A program made the position numbers and the translations under genes. Below are positions 22,261 to 35,265 of a DNA stretch of 64,000 nucleotides, piece by piece; positions within the stretch are counted from its first letter, which is position 1, and the number at the start of each line of letters is the position of its first letter. The notes beneath the pieces were generated by a model. That model searched no databases, was not told where the DNA came from, and saw only the letters and a list, made by a program, of their open reading frames with translations. This DNA comes from an uncultured Nitrososphaerales archaeon (GTDB lineage Archaea; Thermoproteota; Nitrososphaeria; Nitrososphaerales; Nitrososphaeraceae): positions 96,001 through 160,000 of the forward strand of contig CAVPXM010000021.1 in NCBI GenBank assembly GCA_963709405.1. Reading direction: 5' to 3'.

Positions 22261-23331
22261 GTGCAGTCTGAAATAACTGGTAAGGAAGCCGAGCTATATA
22301 TTAGACTTCCAAATGATAGGATAAAATGTACTGCTTGTGCCAGGCTTTGTGAAATCCCGGATGGTAAAATTGGTTTATGTGGTGTTAGAGGAGTCACAAA
22401 CCGCAAGTTGTATTTATATGTTTATGGCAAAGTCATTGCAGGTCACATCGACCCAATAGAGAAAAAGCCTGTAACGCACTATCGGCCTGGTGCGGCAATT
22501 TATTCTATAGCTACTACTGGTTGCAATTGGCTATGTAAGTATTGCCAGAACTATGATATTTCTCAAAGACGAAAAGTGGACGGCGTTGAAATGACTCCTA
22601 TGGAAGTAGTTCAAACTGCCCAACGATTTGGAGCTGACGGTATTGCCTATACTTACAACGAACCTTCAATCTTCATTGAATTTGCCAAGGACTGTGGACT
22701 TGAAGCACACAAGAGAAATCTTTTTAACATATTTGTTTCAAATGGTTTTGATACACCAGAATCAGTTTCGATGATGAATAAGTTTTTGGATTGCATAACC
22801 GTAGATTTTAAGGGGAGTGGAATGCAGGAGTTTGTAAGACGATATGTGGGTATTCCATCGGCCGAGCCAATTTTTCAAACGTTAATTGAGTTAAAAAACA
22901 AGACCTCTATTCATGTGGAAATTACTGATCTCATAGTTCCACGTGTTGGGGATAACTTAGAAGCTGCGAGAAAGCTGAGTAAATTCATATACGATCAATT
23001 AGGACCAGACGTCCCAATCCACTTTTTGAGATTCCATCCAGACTACAAGATGATGGAGTTTGGTATGACGCCGGTTGAAACATTGGAGAAACACCACGCG
23101 ATCGCAAAAGCCGAAGGCTTGAAATATGCGTATCTGGGAAATGTTCCTGGTCACCCGTTAGAACATACTTATTGTCCTGAATGTAACAGCATAGCTATAG
23201 AGCGTCATGGTTTTGATATAGTTTCGTGGAACCTCGATAGTAACAACTGTTGTACCAGATGTGGAAATTCTCTTCCAATAGTGGGAAGACCAAGCAAAAG
23301 TATGAAGAACCTATTTCGTATTATGCAATAA
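22261..23331 (+). CDS. amrS: AmmeMemoRadiSam system radical SAM enzyme
   Basis: CTACARLC...[39 protein letters not shown]-terminal CPEC/CTRC; GTG at 22261 is the likely start. Confidence 0.92.
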   Translation: MQSEITGKEAELYIRLPNDRIKCTACARLCEIPDGKIGLCGVRGVTNRKLYLYVYGKVIAGHIDPIEKKPVTHYRPGAAIYSIATTGCNWLCKYCQNYDISQRRKVDGVEMTPMEVVQTAQRFGADGIAYTYNEPSIFIEFAKDCGLEAHKRNLFNIFVSNGFDTPESVSMMNKFLDCITVDFKGSGMQEFVRRYVGIPSAEPIFQTLIELKNKTSIHVEITDLIVPRVGDNLEAARKLSKFIYDQLGPDVPIHFLRFHPDYKMMEFGMTPVETLEKHHAIAKAEGLKYAYLGNVPGHPLEHTYCPECNSIAIERHGFDIVSWNLDSNNCCTRCGNSLPIVGRPSKSMKNLFRIMQ

Positions 23332-23587
23332 AACCTTCGATTATTAGTCGTATGCTTCATACCATGCTTTTAAATCCAGAATATAACACGAATTCCTAAG
23401 TCACCAGTTAGATGAATTGCAATAACCTCAAATTTATATTTACTCAACACTAAGTTACGTATCCTAATTTAGGTCTATAAAACACTAATTTAGGTCTATA
23501 AAACATCTCCCATCCCTTCGTGATCGGACCCATATTTGTAGATGAATAATTTGATACTTAACTTATTTACCATCAAATCCACGAAAT

Positions 23588-23704
23588 TCAATTCTTGCAT
23601 TTATTACAAGTTACAAAGTTATGTGCAGCATTCCCATTTTTATCTAATTCTTGATCAAATTGCCATTTACAACATATCTTACAAATGGCTGTAACTACTC
23701 GCAT
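23588..23704 (-). CDS. 38-aa CxxC...CxxC zinc-ribbon micro-protein
   Basis: MRVVTAICKICCKWQFDQELDKNGNAAHNFVTCNKCKN; aggag 8 nt before ATG. Confidence 0.55.
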   Translation of the reverse strand: MRVVTAICKICCKWQFDQELDKNGNAAHNFVTCNKCKN

Positions 23705-24192
23705 TTAATTGTCTCCTAAGTGCAACATACAATTTCGAAAGTAATAGCAATTTCATCACAGAATGGATATACGATCTCCTAGATTAATATATCTCAGATA
23801 TGTTAACCTAAATTTATGAACATCACTGCATTAACCTTATGTCGTAAATATTTTGTAATTACCATTCTCTCAGATCCTTGGCCAATGGAATGATACCATA
23901 ATCCTGACAAGAAGATTTCAGGTACGTTCAATGAACCGTTTCAGAAAGCTGTCGGACGACAACCACATAAGAATCTAAGACGTATACTTATTTCGTACAT
24001 ACTGATGGTTTTCTCAGTTACAGTTAAGATAAGAATAATAAATTTGACTTGTTGATGACCTAACGTAAGCCAAAGCAATTCTCGCCTAAGCTAAACACAA
24101 CTTATGTAGAGGGATATTGGTATCACATATGATTTCACAACTGGGCAGAGAATAAAAATATATTAACAAAATAAAACGAAGATAATGATGAA

Positions 24193-24750
24193 TTGTCTGC
24201 TCAGCGAATGATATCTGCCAAGTCTTACTTTGCGAGGATGAATCAAAATAGAAATGAGAATCACTGGCTCCAGGAAAGTCACCTTCTAAGAGGTGTTGAA
24301 GAATTTTTTAGACTGAATAATTATTTTGCTTTTGAATATGATAAAACATTAAATCGAGGAATGCACACTTTTTCTTCTCCAATTGTGGGATACAGACAAG
24401 TACAAAACAGTAAAAAACAATCACCCCTGAATGATTCAACAGACAGGGACTCTGGAGATGTCCTAATTTCCATTTTAAGACCAAGAATAGATCAATATAA
24501 TCATAGCCTGATTGGATACTTGGAGTCAATCTTATATGATGTTATGGATAACTACGATCTACAGACAAAGTTAATTCTCGTAACAGATTCTCTGTCATAT
24601 ATCCCAATTATTAGGTTAGACGAACTAAATGTCGCGATTCAGAATTTGATGGAGGAGGGATTGTATCTGTTATTTCTAAATCATAGATACTCTTATGCTT
24701 TTTTTGATAAATTCGAAAATTTGACTAAGCCAATTGCTGTTTATCAATAG
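24193..24750 (+). CDS. Hypothetical protein
   Basis: 185 aa ORF with normal composition; no motif recognised. Confidence 0.7.
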   Translation: MSAQRMISAKSYFARMNQNRNENHWLQESHLLRGVEEFFRLNNYFAFEYDKTLNRGMHTFSSPIVGYRQVQNSKKQSPLNDSTDRDSGDVLISILRPRIDQYNHSLIGYLESILYDVMDNYDLQTKLILVTDSLSYIPIIRLDELNVAIQNLMEEGLYLLFLNHRYSYAFFDKFENLTKPIAVYQ

Positions 24751-25419
24751 CGAGCTGTTCCTGTGAGAAGTGGGGCATGATATCGCTTGCATCAGCGTCT
24801 TAATTCAACATTTTTCCAGGCCATCGATCAAGTGTCAGTGCATAACTCGAATTTCTGATACTTCAGTTTGTGTTATAACTTTATGAGAACGCATAAATAG
24901 AGTGGCATTATGTCTGAAATTTTTATCAGTTGTTGATTGTTAGAATTCCAAATAAGTACCTTAGAAACGACTGCGGTTTTGTTCTGAGTCTTGTAGCCAC
25001 AAGTACAATATCCAACATATTTCATAATAGTCTCTCTAACGTTAATTCACTCTCTAACTTTAAAGCTAATTACATGTACTCTCATTCTAGACTTAGTGAG
25101 TAGTGCCAAGGTACAAACGTTTAACGCGGACACTTGGATAAGGGATATGTTATGAGAGAGGTGATTTATTTATGCTCCTATCTCTACAACAACACGAAAT
25201 GGTTTAGGAAGAGAATACGTTCGCGTTCAGAATCTATCGAAAGTATTGTGAATAGGACAGATAATTTATTTTTACTTCTAACCTGTCTCATTAATTCTAA
25301 TCAAATTGGATGCGGGGTTAAAATGGGTAACAGGAATGGACGCGGATAATAACCGCATAATTGGAAAGCGAAACGAACCAGACACTACTATGCACCTCAC
25401 GATTCGAAATACGAAAACG

Positions 25420-26020
25420 TAAGCCATTCCAAAGATCATTCTACTTCAAGAAGAATCTTCTCCCTACTTGGCTAGGTATGGTTATATATGGCATCGTGAC
25501 GAGTTGCAAAGCCGTATCGTATCTTCCCGTAGGGTCAATTAGTTGCCGGTGAACCAGATGGTACTGTAGTTGATCCTGCAAGCACACTTATTATATCTCT
25601 CAGGCAGGAACATGCCGAAGAAACTTTGTGCAAAATAACCGCCGACAGCATATTTACAAACCGTGATCCAAATGAAGATAGACTAAATGGAGCAGATATA
25701 TCTACTCATCCGAAATACAGGCATGAAGGGGATCGGAACCTGTTATGAGCACGAAAGCACCTTGCTCTCCGATTGGCTTTAAGATGAATAATCGCTGGAG
25801 GCAGGCTATATAATTATTGCGAACGCACAGGTAATCTCTCAGCTTCAGAATATGCTCACCAAGTAATAGCAGGCAAATTGCATAACCCAGTTTTGTCGTT
25901 TGAGCTAGACACTGGCTTTAGATTTACAAAAATATTGCCCAACTAACTGAGTGATGTTCGATCCCTTAACTATGCCAGCATTATCCGGTGGACAGATCCT
26001 CATATTGCAATGGAGTGATA
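25420..26020 (+). pseudogene. YkwB-like GNAT acetyltransferase, heavily degraded
   Basis: Fragments FPVGSISC, EPDGTVV, GADISTHPKYRHEGIG, IIAGGRLYNYC, EYAHQVIAGKLHNPVLSFEL, KILPN.LSDVRSLNYAS across stops and frameshifts. Confidence 0.8.
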
Positions 26021-26536
26021 GAGACCTTTTATTTTTCATGGGGTATGTATAAAGTACATTCAAGTCAACTAGACTGATGAACTAACTACATAGATCCAGA
26101 AAACTTTCAAATGACTACGCAAGATAGGAATATCGTGCTTATCAAATTTGATATAACGTAATAGTATCATCACCTAATACCTTAAGTACCTCTTTTTCAT
26201 TTTTACCTATCTTTTTTAAAACAAAACCCTACTAGATATCGCAACAATGATCTACACAGTACCATCTGGTTATATTGAAGCCGGCATTAGAGGCGTGACT
26301 GTGGCACATAATGATATTGAGATAGTCTTGCTGACTATTTTACGAATTACTTTAATTCTGCTTACCTCATTTGTCGTCTAGATGCAACTCGAGCGTAGAT
26401 TGTAATTATTTTGTCAATTTTTAATATTTTGTATATATTTATGTTATCAATAGGAGTTATGTCAAATAATCTATATATAAGTAGCGGTTGAAAAGAAATC
26501 AACATTTATAAGATCATTTCATAATAGTGCGGATAG

Positions 26537-26731
26537 ATGAGCAATAAAGAGATGTCATCACAAGACCAACCATTAACGTCAAATAAGAAAGGCGTTTCTA
26601 AGGATAAGATGAGAATCGTGATGAATCTATACGAATCTGGCATCGGTGAGGAATTTATCGCCATGCAACTTGATTTAGAAATCCCAGAAGTAATCAGAAT
26701 CCTAAAGGAAGAAAATCTTTACAAGGATTAA
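26537..26731 (+). CDS. Small HTH-like protein
   Basis: NLYESGIGEEFIAMQLDLEIPEVIRIL; tttataag TATA ~24 nt upstream. Confidence 0.75.
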   Translation: MSNKEMSSQDQPLTSNKKGVSKDKMRIVMNLYESGIGEEFIAMQLDLEIPEVIRILKEENLYKD

Positions 26732-27331
26732 ATATTCCCTTTACTACCTTGTCGTCGCACGTTTTCCGCTCAAATCGTCTTTGTAGTCAATAATCAGTAA
26801 TTAGCTCGATTCCATATTCGTCAACAGCGAGATTTAGTTCTTGTTACCACTTTTTAATTGATTTGTATACATATAAGTTTAAGAGAAGGGAATTATCGCT
26901 GTTTTCTAGTAGTCAAAAAAATAACCCGATCGTCTTAAAAATATCATCATAAAAAGAGACCGTCTTAAAATCTAGCCGGTTAGGACTCGCAATAATCCCG
27001 ATTATTCATTGTGAGCGGACAGCAAACCTTGCTACCTAGACTTCGCTGCGCAATATATTTTGCATTTCAAGGAACCTAATCTAGTGCAGGCTTTACTATG
27101 AGCTTTCAACATCTGAAATTAACTCAAGAATGCCTTTTATCAAAATGATTCATTCCATTGCCATTTAGTCACTCAGCTAATAATTAATCTCAGGTGTAGT
27201 TGGCGGCTGATAAGCAAGACAGTTTTTGAAATGTTCTCATTGCTTGCATTACTCATTTTTAATCACTATTTTTATGGTACCTCTATCTGCCGTTGACGTC
27301 TTATTTTTAGTAGTATGATGATACACTGTTT

Positions 27332-27517
27332 CTAACTCTCATCTGAAGTCAATGATTCTGCATTGTCGCAGTCGGCATGAACCTTCTCGTCCGTTCGATA
27401 ATTACACTTAGTACATTCAAAAGTCAAAGGCTCATGACATAGGTCACAGTACGTAGACACCGTTAGATCTGCTCCACATTTTATACATAAACTCTGGCTC
27501 ATTATCTCTATTATCAT
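27332..27517 (-). CDS. Small multi-CxxC zinc-finger protein
   Basis: CIKC, CDLC, CTKC and HADC motifs in 61 aa. Confidence 0.75.
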   Translation of the reverse strand: MIIEIMSQSLCIKCGADLTVSTYCDLCHEPLTFECTKCNYRTDEKVHADCDNAESLTSDES

Positions 27518-28124
27518 AGTGGGCAGAACCGGTAATAATTGTTGAGTCTATCGCAAATCAAAAACAATATATTAATTAGACATCAATTCCCACCTTAAAT
27601 ACTTTAGATTTCTATTTTATGTGATACCTACACTATCTAGTTGGGAGGGCTTATGATAGGACGCAAAGAATTGGATATTAAACATGATTAGATACCTTCA
27701 AGATTTAAAGCCCGAATCGTTGATGAGGTAAAGATATTCAGGTCTCCCTGTGTACGCAGCGATTACTCCCACCGAGGTAGGATCAATAATCCAAGCAATG
27801 GCTAGAATCTCCTAGCAGCTATCGGGTTGAATTAACGATTACTTTCCGAATATCATCTTTATGTGATACTTGTCTTGAATTGATCTCTTGCTACATTGGA
27901 TATATTGCAAACATCCTCAGATCGAGACGAATAGTCGATTTGGCAACCTGACCTATTGATTTTAGGCTTTAATCACTACCATGAATCATAATAAGTGTAA
28001 AACATAAGTGGTTGTAGCACGGTGTGTTACGCAGTTCAAATTAAATACATTGGATTATACTAACGGCTACACGTTGGGTACGATAAGGCATCCTTTTAAA
28101 CCTAGCAACTATATATTCTTTCAT

Positions 28125-28583
28125 ATGGATGAAAATACAGAACGGTCATTTCCTAAAATCCTTGTCGCTGTGGACGGTTCTGAGGCATCAATTGACGCGG
28201 CTAAATATGCCACACAAATAGCAAGTAGGTATGACTCGGACCTAATCGCGCTGTACGTAATTCTATCTGACATATCCATATTTGGTCCAGACACTCCACC
28301 TCACATAAACGTGCTGAAACAACAGGCTCAAGAAGTTCTAGATAAGGTAAAGGGAATATCAATGGATAGTGTCGGTAACAGGGACAGAAAATTTCGAATA
28401 AGATCAGAGTTAATTGGCTCTGCATCTGCAGTAGGTGGTATTGTGGGATTCGCCGAAAAGGAAAACGTTGATCTAATTGTGGTCGGAACTAGGGGAAGAT
28501 CTGGATTTAAAAAACTGCTATTGGGAAGTGTTGCGTCTGGTGTCGTGAGCTATGCTCATTGTCCGGTCCTAATAGTAAAATAA
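28125..28583 (+). CDS. Universal stress protein
   Basis: KILVAVDGSE, DLIVVGTRGRSGFKKLLLGSVA, AHCPVLIVK; start reassigned to ATG 28125 behind a ttttaaa TATA box. Confidence 0.95.
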   Translation: MDENTERSFPKILVAVDGSEASIDAAKYATQIASRYDSDLIALYVILSDISIFGPDTPPHINVLKQQAQEVLDKVKGISMDSVGNRDRKFRIRSELIGSASAVGGIVGFAEKENVDLIVVGTRGRSGFKKLLLGSVASGVVSYAHCPVLIVK

Positions 28584-29097
28584 AGATGAAAATAAGGGGT
28601 CGACTGAAGGGAGATTTGTCTTTCCATAGTAATTCGCGTTGGGGTTAGTCATTCAGTTAATTTCGACTTCATATATTTTTGCTCAACACTGATTGTTGCT
28701 TAGACCGTATTTGTTGATTTGCACCCCACGGTATTCATGATCCACTCGCCATGTGACATCGACTTGACTCGTATCAAAGCATTCGATTTTATTATTTTCC
28801 TTGCGAAATTATTCCATGCTGATCCAGGTCGCCAATGAGTGTGGATTCTTCAAACTGAATAGGATGAATAAAGACTCGACATATATCGTCAGTTCTTGTA
28901 GAATCAGATAATACTTATCGAGTTGGAAATGTTCGTTTGATGGAATTATATCAATTCGAATTTTTAGATATCTACTTTTCTATCTAGAAGTTCAGCAATA
29001 GCCAAATAGATATCTGTGATCAGGCAATTTCATAATCGAACATGCCTGAGAGAAAATAATAGCAAAGTATTAAAAAGCATTTTGTATGTGATCCGCT

Positions 29098-29942
29098 ATG
29101 GAAAATAAGCTAATAGTGGCGGCAGTCCTAACGCTCTCTTTGGGACTTGTTGTTGCATCTGCAAGCTCTGCCCAACCTCTAGTTATGGCACAGAATAACG
29201 CTACCGGATCATCGAATAACACAAAGATTAACACTAATGGATCGAATCAATCGAGTCCATCGCAACCTGCTAAGCCTGCAGCAACTAGCAATCAGTTGGA
29301 GCAGATGGGTAATAATACTGCCTTCTTAGCTGGCGGTGCAACGATAGCTAAAAAACCTAACGTGGCTCAGGGTTTATCTATGGAACAGAATTCTACTGCC
29401 GGACCGAGTGGGGCCAACATGACAGCACAAATGCAACCAGAATCTGCTTCCAAAAGTAACGCAAGCACCACCAACACCAACATGACCTCCACACCACCAA
29501 CACCCTCGACCTCCAATGCAAGCACCACCAACACCAACATGACCTCCACACCACCAACACCCTCGACCTCCAATGCAAGCACCACCAACACCAACATGAC
29601 CTCCACACCACAACACCCTCGACCTCCAATGCAAGCACCACCAACACCAACATGACCTCCACACCACAAACACCCTCGACCTCCAATGCAAGCACCACCA
29701 ACACCAACATGACCTCCACACCACCAACACCCTCGACCTCCAATGCGAGCAAAACGGCTGGTCCTGGCAGTAACGCCAGTGTTGGAGCCAATAATACAAA
29801 AGGAGGTTTAGCCCAAATGAATCAAACGGCATCATCAGCAGGAAAATCCACAAGTAATAATACGGGCCCGAACTCAAGCAACCTATTCGCGAAGGTAGGC
29901 GAGGCACTCAAGAACCTATTCGGCGGCAGTAACAAGAAATAA
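29098..29942 (+). CDS. Secreted Ser/Thr/Asn-rich (mucin-like) protein, frameshift in the third repeat
   Basis: Signal peptide, many N-x-S/T sequons, amphipathic tail LFAKVGEALKNLFGG; 1-nt deletion near 29611. Confidence 0.8.
29455..29749 (+). repeat. 57-bp tandem repeat, about 5 copies (SNASTTNTNMTSTPPTPST)
   Basis: Unit period of 57 nt seen directly. Confidence 0.95.
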
Positions 29943-30132
29943 GACCGAATTTCTTTTTTTATTTGTCGAGATTAATTGATTTCAGGTATTATGAATTCTT
30001 GTTGAAACATCATTTCAACCATTACTATCATCAGCCTAATAAAGCGTAATCGATATCCAATTTCACATGAATTCATATCTTCCAGGAATCAATTTCCGGA
30101 CTATTCACCATATTTCTTTCTCTATATTGTTT

Positions 30133-30664
30133 TCGAAATGGATGGCGTTATTACAAAAGCGCCTCTTGGGGGAAAAAAGCACAGGACCAAATCCCACAGA
30201 CAGAGCTAAATCAGGTACAAAACGTAGTATTCTAGTAGATGGTAAAGGAGTACCACTTGGTGTATCTGTAGATGGAGCTAACAGACATGACATGAAGATG
30301 ACCAAAGCAACACTGCAAAGCATAGTCATCTATAGACCTGAACCAACAATCAGATCAAAGCAGCACATGTGCATGGACAAAGGCTACGACTTTCCAGAGG
30401 TATACGAATTACTAGAAGAAGAGTATGGCTATACAATTCACATCAGATTAAGAGGTGAAGAAATAAGCAACAATAAAGAAGAAGAAGAGGAATACCAAAA
30501 TACAGAGCTAGACGATGGGTTGTTGAAAGAACCCATTCTTGGATGAACAGGTTTAGACGATTGCTAATAAGATGGGAAAAGAGGATAGAGAACTATGTCG
30601 GAATGCTACATCTTGCTTGTGCTTGGATCACGTATAGAAGAAGTGGACTTTTCGCATAGGCTCT
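30133..30664 (+). mobile_element. 5'-truncated IS5-family element
   Basis: MDGVITKAPLGGK with gggggaaaaaa slippery site, TGPNPTDRAKSGTKRSILVDGKGVP, CMDKGYD, RWVVERTHSWMNRFRR; end ataggctct. Confidence 0.9.
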
Positions 30665-30875
30665 TAGTAGGATTGGATTTTGAGATGATGAGATCATATG
30701 AATAAGATGACGGAATCCTCTTTATTGAGTATCATTCTAGTATTCGAAGACTGCATTTCATTTGGCACTTCTCATTAGATGATGCCAAGGTTCTAAATAA
30801 ATATCCTACCATAGCCAAGACTATTCCTACTTCTGGTTCCAAAATACACAACAATCATTTTAAGATTTTCTCAAC

Positions 30876-31874
30876 TCAGCTTTTACTATAATATAGTCTA
30901 TCACTCCTTTTTTTGATAGCTCTTTTCATTTTTAAAGCAGAATGATATATTATTTTTTCTACAAGGTCGTATGCAAGACTATTTATGATTCTTGATTGAA
31001 AAAGTAACGATGATGAAGATTTATTCCGTACTATTACTTTTCGTTTAAATGCTCCTCTATTTTGAATATAGTAATTCGCAAGCGGTTCATAGACATGAGT
31101 TCCGACGTGAAGAATATCTCTAATGATGAAACCTTTCGCCATAATTAATGATTGAATCGTCGATGAGTCATGATGTTGGGATGCCCAAGTGAAGTAAAGA
31201 AGCCCAAGTTTGAATATTGCATGTAGCCTCGAAAATTCGTTAGTTATGACTGGAAGTGCAATAATAAGAGTGCCGGTCTCCTCCCTCAATATTCTCCTCG
31301 ATTCATCGATAAATTGCGTAATAGGCCTAAAGTGATGTGCCGATTCTAAGGCAATAACTCTGTCGACACTTTGCGGTGCAAATGGTAAGAGCGTAGAATT
31401 GGCATTAATAAATGCTATATTATTCACACCTCTCCTCATTCTTACACTTTGATCAGGCGTCATAGAAGATTCATAGTTAGTCAGAGTGTATTCTCTATTC
31501 AAAATCGTCTTTTTGTGCTCAAATGCAAATCTGAGCTGTTGACTATTAGTATTAACACACATAATATCAACCGGATGGTATAGTGATTCCCAATAATTAG
31601 CTGGAGAGGAAAACCCGCTCCCTGCATCTATAATTCTTAAGCCAGGACGTAATTCTGCAAATTCTCCGACCAGTGAACACAGGTTACGTTGTGCCGTTTC
31701 TAAGTCTCTTGTATCTGAGTTCCAGTATCCAAAGTTAAGCATATTACAGTTGGTGATGCGTTGTACATATGGAGTCAAAAGATTGTAGATATTGATTATG
31801 TCATCATCATTTTGTCTGAAAATCCACAGTATACATGATAATACGGCAGAGATTAATGCCATTTCAAATACCAT
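30876..31874 (-). CDS. Class I SAM-dependent methyltransferase (sterol/natural-product type)
   Basis: MLNFGYW, IIDAGSGFS, LPFAPQSVDRVIALESAHHF; probable frameshift in the last ~15 codons. Confidence 0.88.
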   Translation of the reverse strand: MVFEMALISAVLSCILWIFRQNDDDIINIYNLLTPYVQRITNCNMLNFGYWNSDTRDLETAQRNLCSLVGEFAELRPGLRIIDAGSGFSSPANYWESLYHPVDIMCVNTNSQQLRFAFEHKKTILNREYTLTNYESSMTPDQSVRMRRGVNNIAFINANSTLLPFAPQSVDRVIALESAHHFRPITQFIDESRRILREETGTLIIALPVITNEFSRLHAIFKLGLLYFTWASQHHDSSTIQSLIMAKGFIIRDILHVGTHVYEPLANYYIQNRGAFKRKVIVRNKSSSSLLFQSRIINSLAYDLVEKIIYHSALKMKRAIKKRSDRLYYSKS

Positions 31875-32107
31875 CTATGAATAAAGAACCGATCTATCTC
31901 GAAACCCATTAAAATATACTTAATTCCAGTCATGCTCTGTACTCTCGTTTTGTGTTCTAATTTAGCTATCGAAAATAGAAATTGTATTTTCTTTTTCCGT
32001 ATTATTGTACATTGAATTAATCTTCAAGATATGATAAGATACTACTATACAAATAAGGCGTAAGTCGAGTAACGCATGGTCTCTGAAGATAACGGAATGG
32101 CTTGAGT

Positions 32108-32701
32108 CTAGCTTATACCAACGCATAATGCTCTAATCGTCTCCGTCCAAATTTTCCTATTGTAGGTCTCATTTATGCCCAATAGCACATTTATTGTTAG
32201 TCCATCATAGAGCGCTACTAGCCCGGCGGATATGGGTTCTACATCAATGTCGTTTCTCAGAAATCCCTTTTCAACCTGCTGACTTAAGTATTTGGACACT
32301 ATCTCAAATATCCTAATTCTATGTTCGTAGTGAGCTTTGCGTAGTCTTGGATTACGTGATGATTCAGCTATAGTCTCCATAAATACTCGATCGCCCTTTC
32401 TAGAAGTCTTTCTGAAGTTAACATAAAATTTTTCTGCATCAGAAGCAAGATCTTCTTTTCTCTTGAATAGCTTCGACATCTGCTCCTTTAATTCTATTAT
32501 GTTATTTTGACAGATTGCATAGAATAGATCTTCCTTATTTTTAAAATAGAGGTATAGCGTGCCCTTGCTCAACCCCGCTCGCTCTGCGATATCATCCATC
32601 CTCGTCCTGTCGAACCCAGCGATCGAAAAACACTCGATCGCTGCTCGAATTATTTTTTCCTTTATTTCTATTTTATACTGTAACGTAACTTTTGGACACA
32701 T
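32108..32701 (-). CDS. TetR/AcrR-family transcriptional regulator
   Basis: GFDRTRMDDIAERAGLSKGTLYLYFKNKEDLF HTH. Confidence 0.96.
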   Translation of the reverse strand: MCPKVTLQYKIEIKEKIIRAAIECFSIAGFDRTRMDDIAERAGLSKGTLYLYFKNKEDLFYAICQNNIIELKEQMSKLFKRKEDLASDAEKFYVNFRKTSRKGDRVFMETIAESSRNPRLRKAHYEHRIRIFEIVSKYLSQQVEKGFLRNDIDVEPISAGLVALYDGLTINVLLGINETYNRKIWTETIRALCVGIS

Positions 32702-33843
32702 TTATGAACCTGCTTCTCCATCTATTCTTGTGTCTGACATATTTTCGATACATTCCTCATGATGCCAAAGAATTTCAACCTTTGAAACGATCAATGCACT
32801 AATCGCACCCATTAAAGCTCCAAATGGTAGTGCAAAGAATAGAACCACTGGTAACGTAATGATGAAGTCCTTATACAATTCTGACATCGAATGGAAAGTG
32901 AAGCCTAGGGGCTGCGCAAATGTGATCGCAAGAAGTGGATAGCCCAAAATATAAAATAGTGATCCAATTATCGAACCCACAATAACGAAGGATTTTTCTC
33001 TACTAATACCCGAAGTACTGACTCGTGCTCTCTGAAGTACGATATCAGAGAGAAATGCAGCAATTATTAGTGAAAAATACACAGGCAGAAAAGGCATAAG
33101 ATCGGCTGACGGTACTATATTGGTAAAAATGTTAATTAGAACCACTATTGTAGTGACGGCAGTTGCAGACCAATTAATATTTAGAGTTCTGACTGCAATT
33201 AGCAATATGGCAGCATCAATTATCGGTAGAACCGTAATTGCAATTATTGATTCGGTAATTGGATTCAAGTTGAAGTTAAAATGTAATCCATTTGAAAGAG
33301 GCAATGTGAACAAATAAACGTACCAGATCACTGTTAACCACATAGCTGCAAAGGCAGGTATCATTACGAATTTTATCATCCGCTTTTGTCTCATTGCGCG
33401 AAGTTGAGTATCCATTCTCCCAAGACCTATAACCACCGCTACCGAATTTATGACAATTCCTGTTGCAAGTACGAAATGGGTAGGACTCAAGAGCCCGTCG
33501 ACTCCAAAAGCCCTATGCCATGCGAAGTCTGATGGACCAGCTATAGTCTGCAAGGATAGATCCTATTATAAACAATCTAAAGGATGTGATAATGGGGTTC
33601 GTATGCTCTAATTGACCTTTCAATATTATAATGGCGCTTATGGCAGCAGCGACTGCAAGGAGAATTACTCCGGTGTAAAGTAAGGCATGTGAAGGGGTAA
33701 AGAATGTCTCTGGTGTCAGCATCAAATGGGAAGTAACATCCCAGCTCACCCCTATTATCTGAAGAAAAGAACCACTTGCTGCTATAATAATACAAAGATG
33801 TACTTTCCAAAATTGTTATCCTTGCTTCGAGTGAACGTGGCAA
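32702..33843 (-). CDS. Multi-pass membrane protein (two frameshifts)
   Basis: Twin motifs SWDVTSH...FFTPSHALLY and DFAWH...DGLLSPTH across three frames; stop codon abuts the TetR start. Confidence 0.75.
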
Positions 33844-33892
33844 AATTAGACAACCTGTGATACGATGATATATAGAATCAACATAATAAATC

Positions 33893-33910
33893 TAACTGAC
33901 TAGTCAGTTA
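33893..33910. promoter_or_regulatory. Perfect 18-bp palindrome, probable TetR operator
   Basis: taactgactagtcagtta directly upstream of a tttatta TATA-like box of the membrane protein-TetR operon. Confidence 0.75.
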
Positions 33911-33948
33911 TGTATATTAAATACAATGTAATATTCGTTCATGTGAAA

Positions 33949-34731
<783 letters not shown>

Positions 34732-35034
34732 AATACCTTACCTCAATGAGCTTAGAAATCAACGATTAATTTCAGGATACTTGCAAACCATATCACTCAA
34801 GATCCAGTTTAAGCCCGTATACTAGAGATACACAAGCTCAGGAACATTCACTATTCCAGTCTCCGTATTATTATCCCGAGGGAGTGATATAAATAAAGAG
34901 CTTTAGTCGGTATCACGACTTTTATTACATTTTACCCATATCTCAAACGGTCAAAGATACGTTTGTTATCCCTAGATACGCGTCCATAGCTCGTATGTAG
35001 CAATTTATATACAGCAGCCTAGTATACATATATA

Positions 35035-35265
35035 ATGTCTGAACCAGCAGTGTTGGATTGGGACAGAATTGTCCACAAAAATGTTAGATCGAGCGATGGC
35101 CAAGACGCCGGAAATATTGATGCTGTAGATGCTGATTCTATAGTTATAATCACTGAAGGCGCACGAGGAGAGTACAAGATCTCAAAGACACAAGTCGAAG
35201 GGTTTAACGGAGCAGAAGTCTTTTTGAAACTTACGTTGGGAGAATTGCAAAATTACAAAGTATGA
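35035..35265 (+). CDS. Small PRC-barrel-like protein
   Basis: IVHKNVRSSDGQDAGNIDAVD; tttatata TATA ~23 nt upstream. Confidence 0.8.
   Translation: MSEPAVLDWDRIVHKNVRSSDGQDAGNIDAVDADSIVIITEGARGEYKISKTQVEGFNGAEVFLKLTLGELQNYKV

Noticed and set aside
23464-23505. 21-bp direct duplication ctaatttaggtctataaaaca x2
   Set aside because: Only two adjacent copies in intergenic DNA; simple slippage with no sign of function.
29367-29907. Trp/Cys-rich minus-strand ORFs
   Set aside because: Antisense shadows of the 57-bp repeat.
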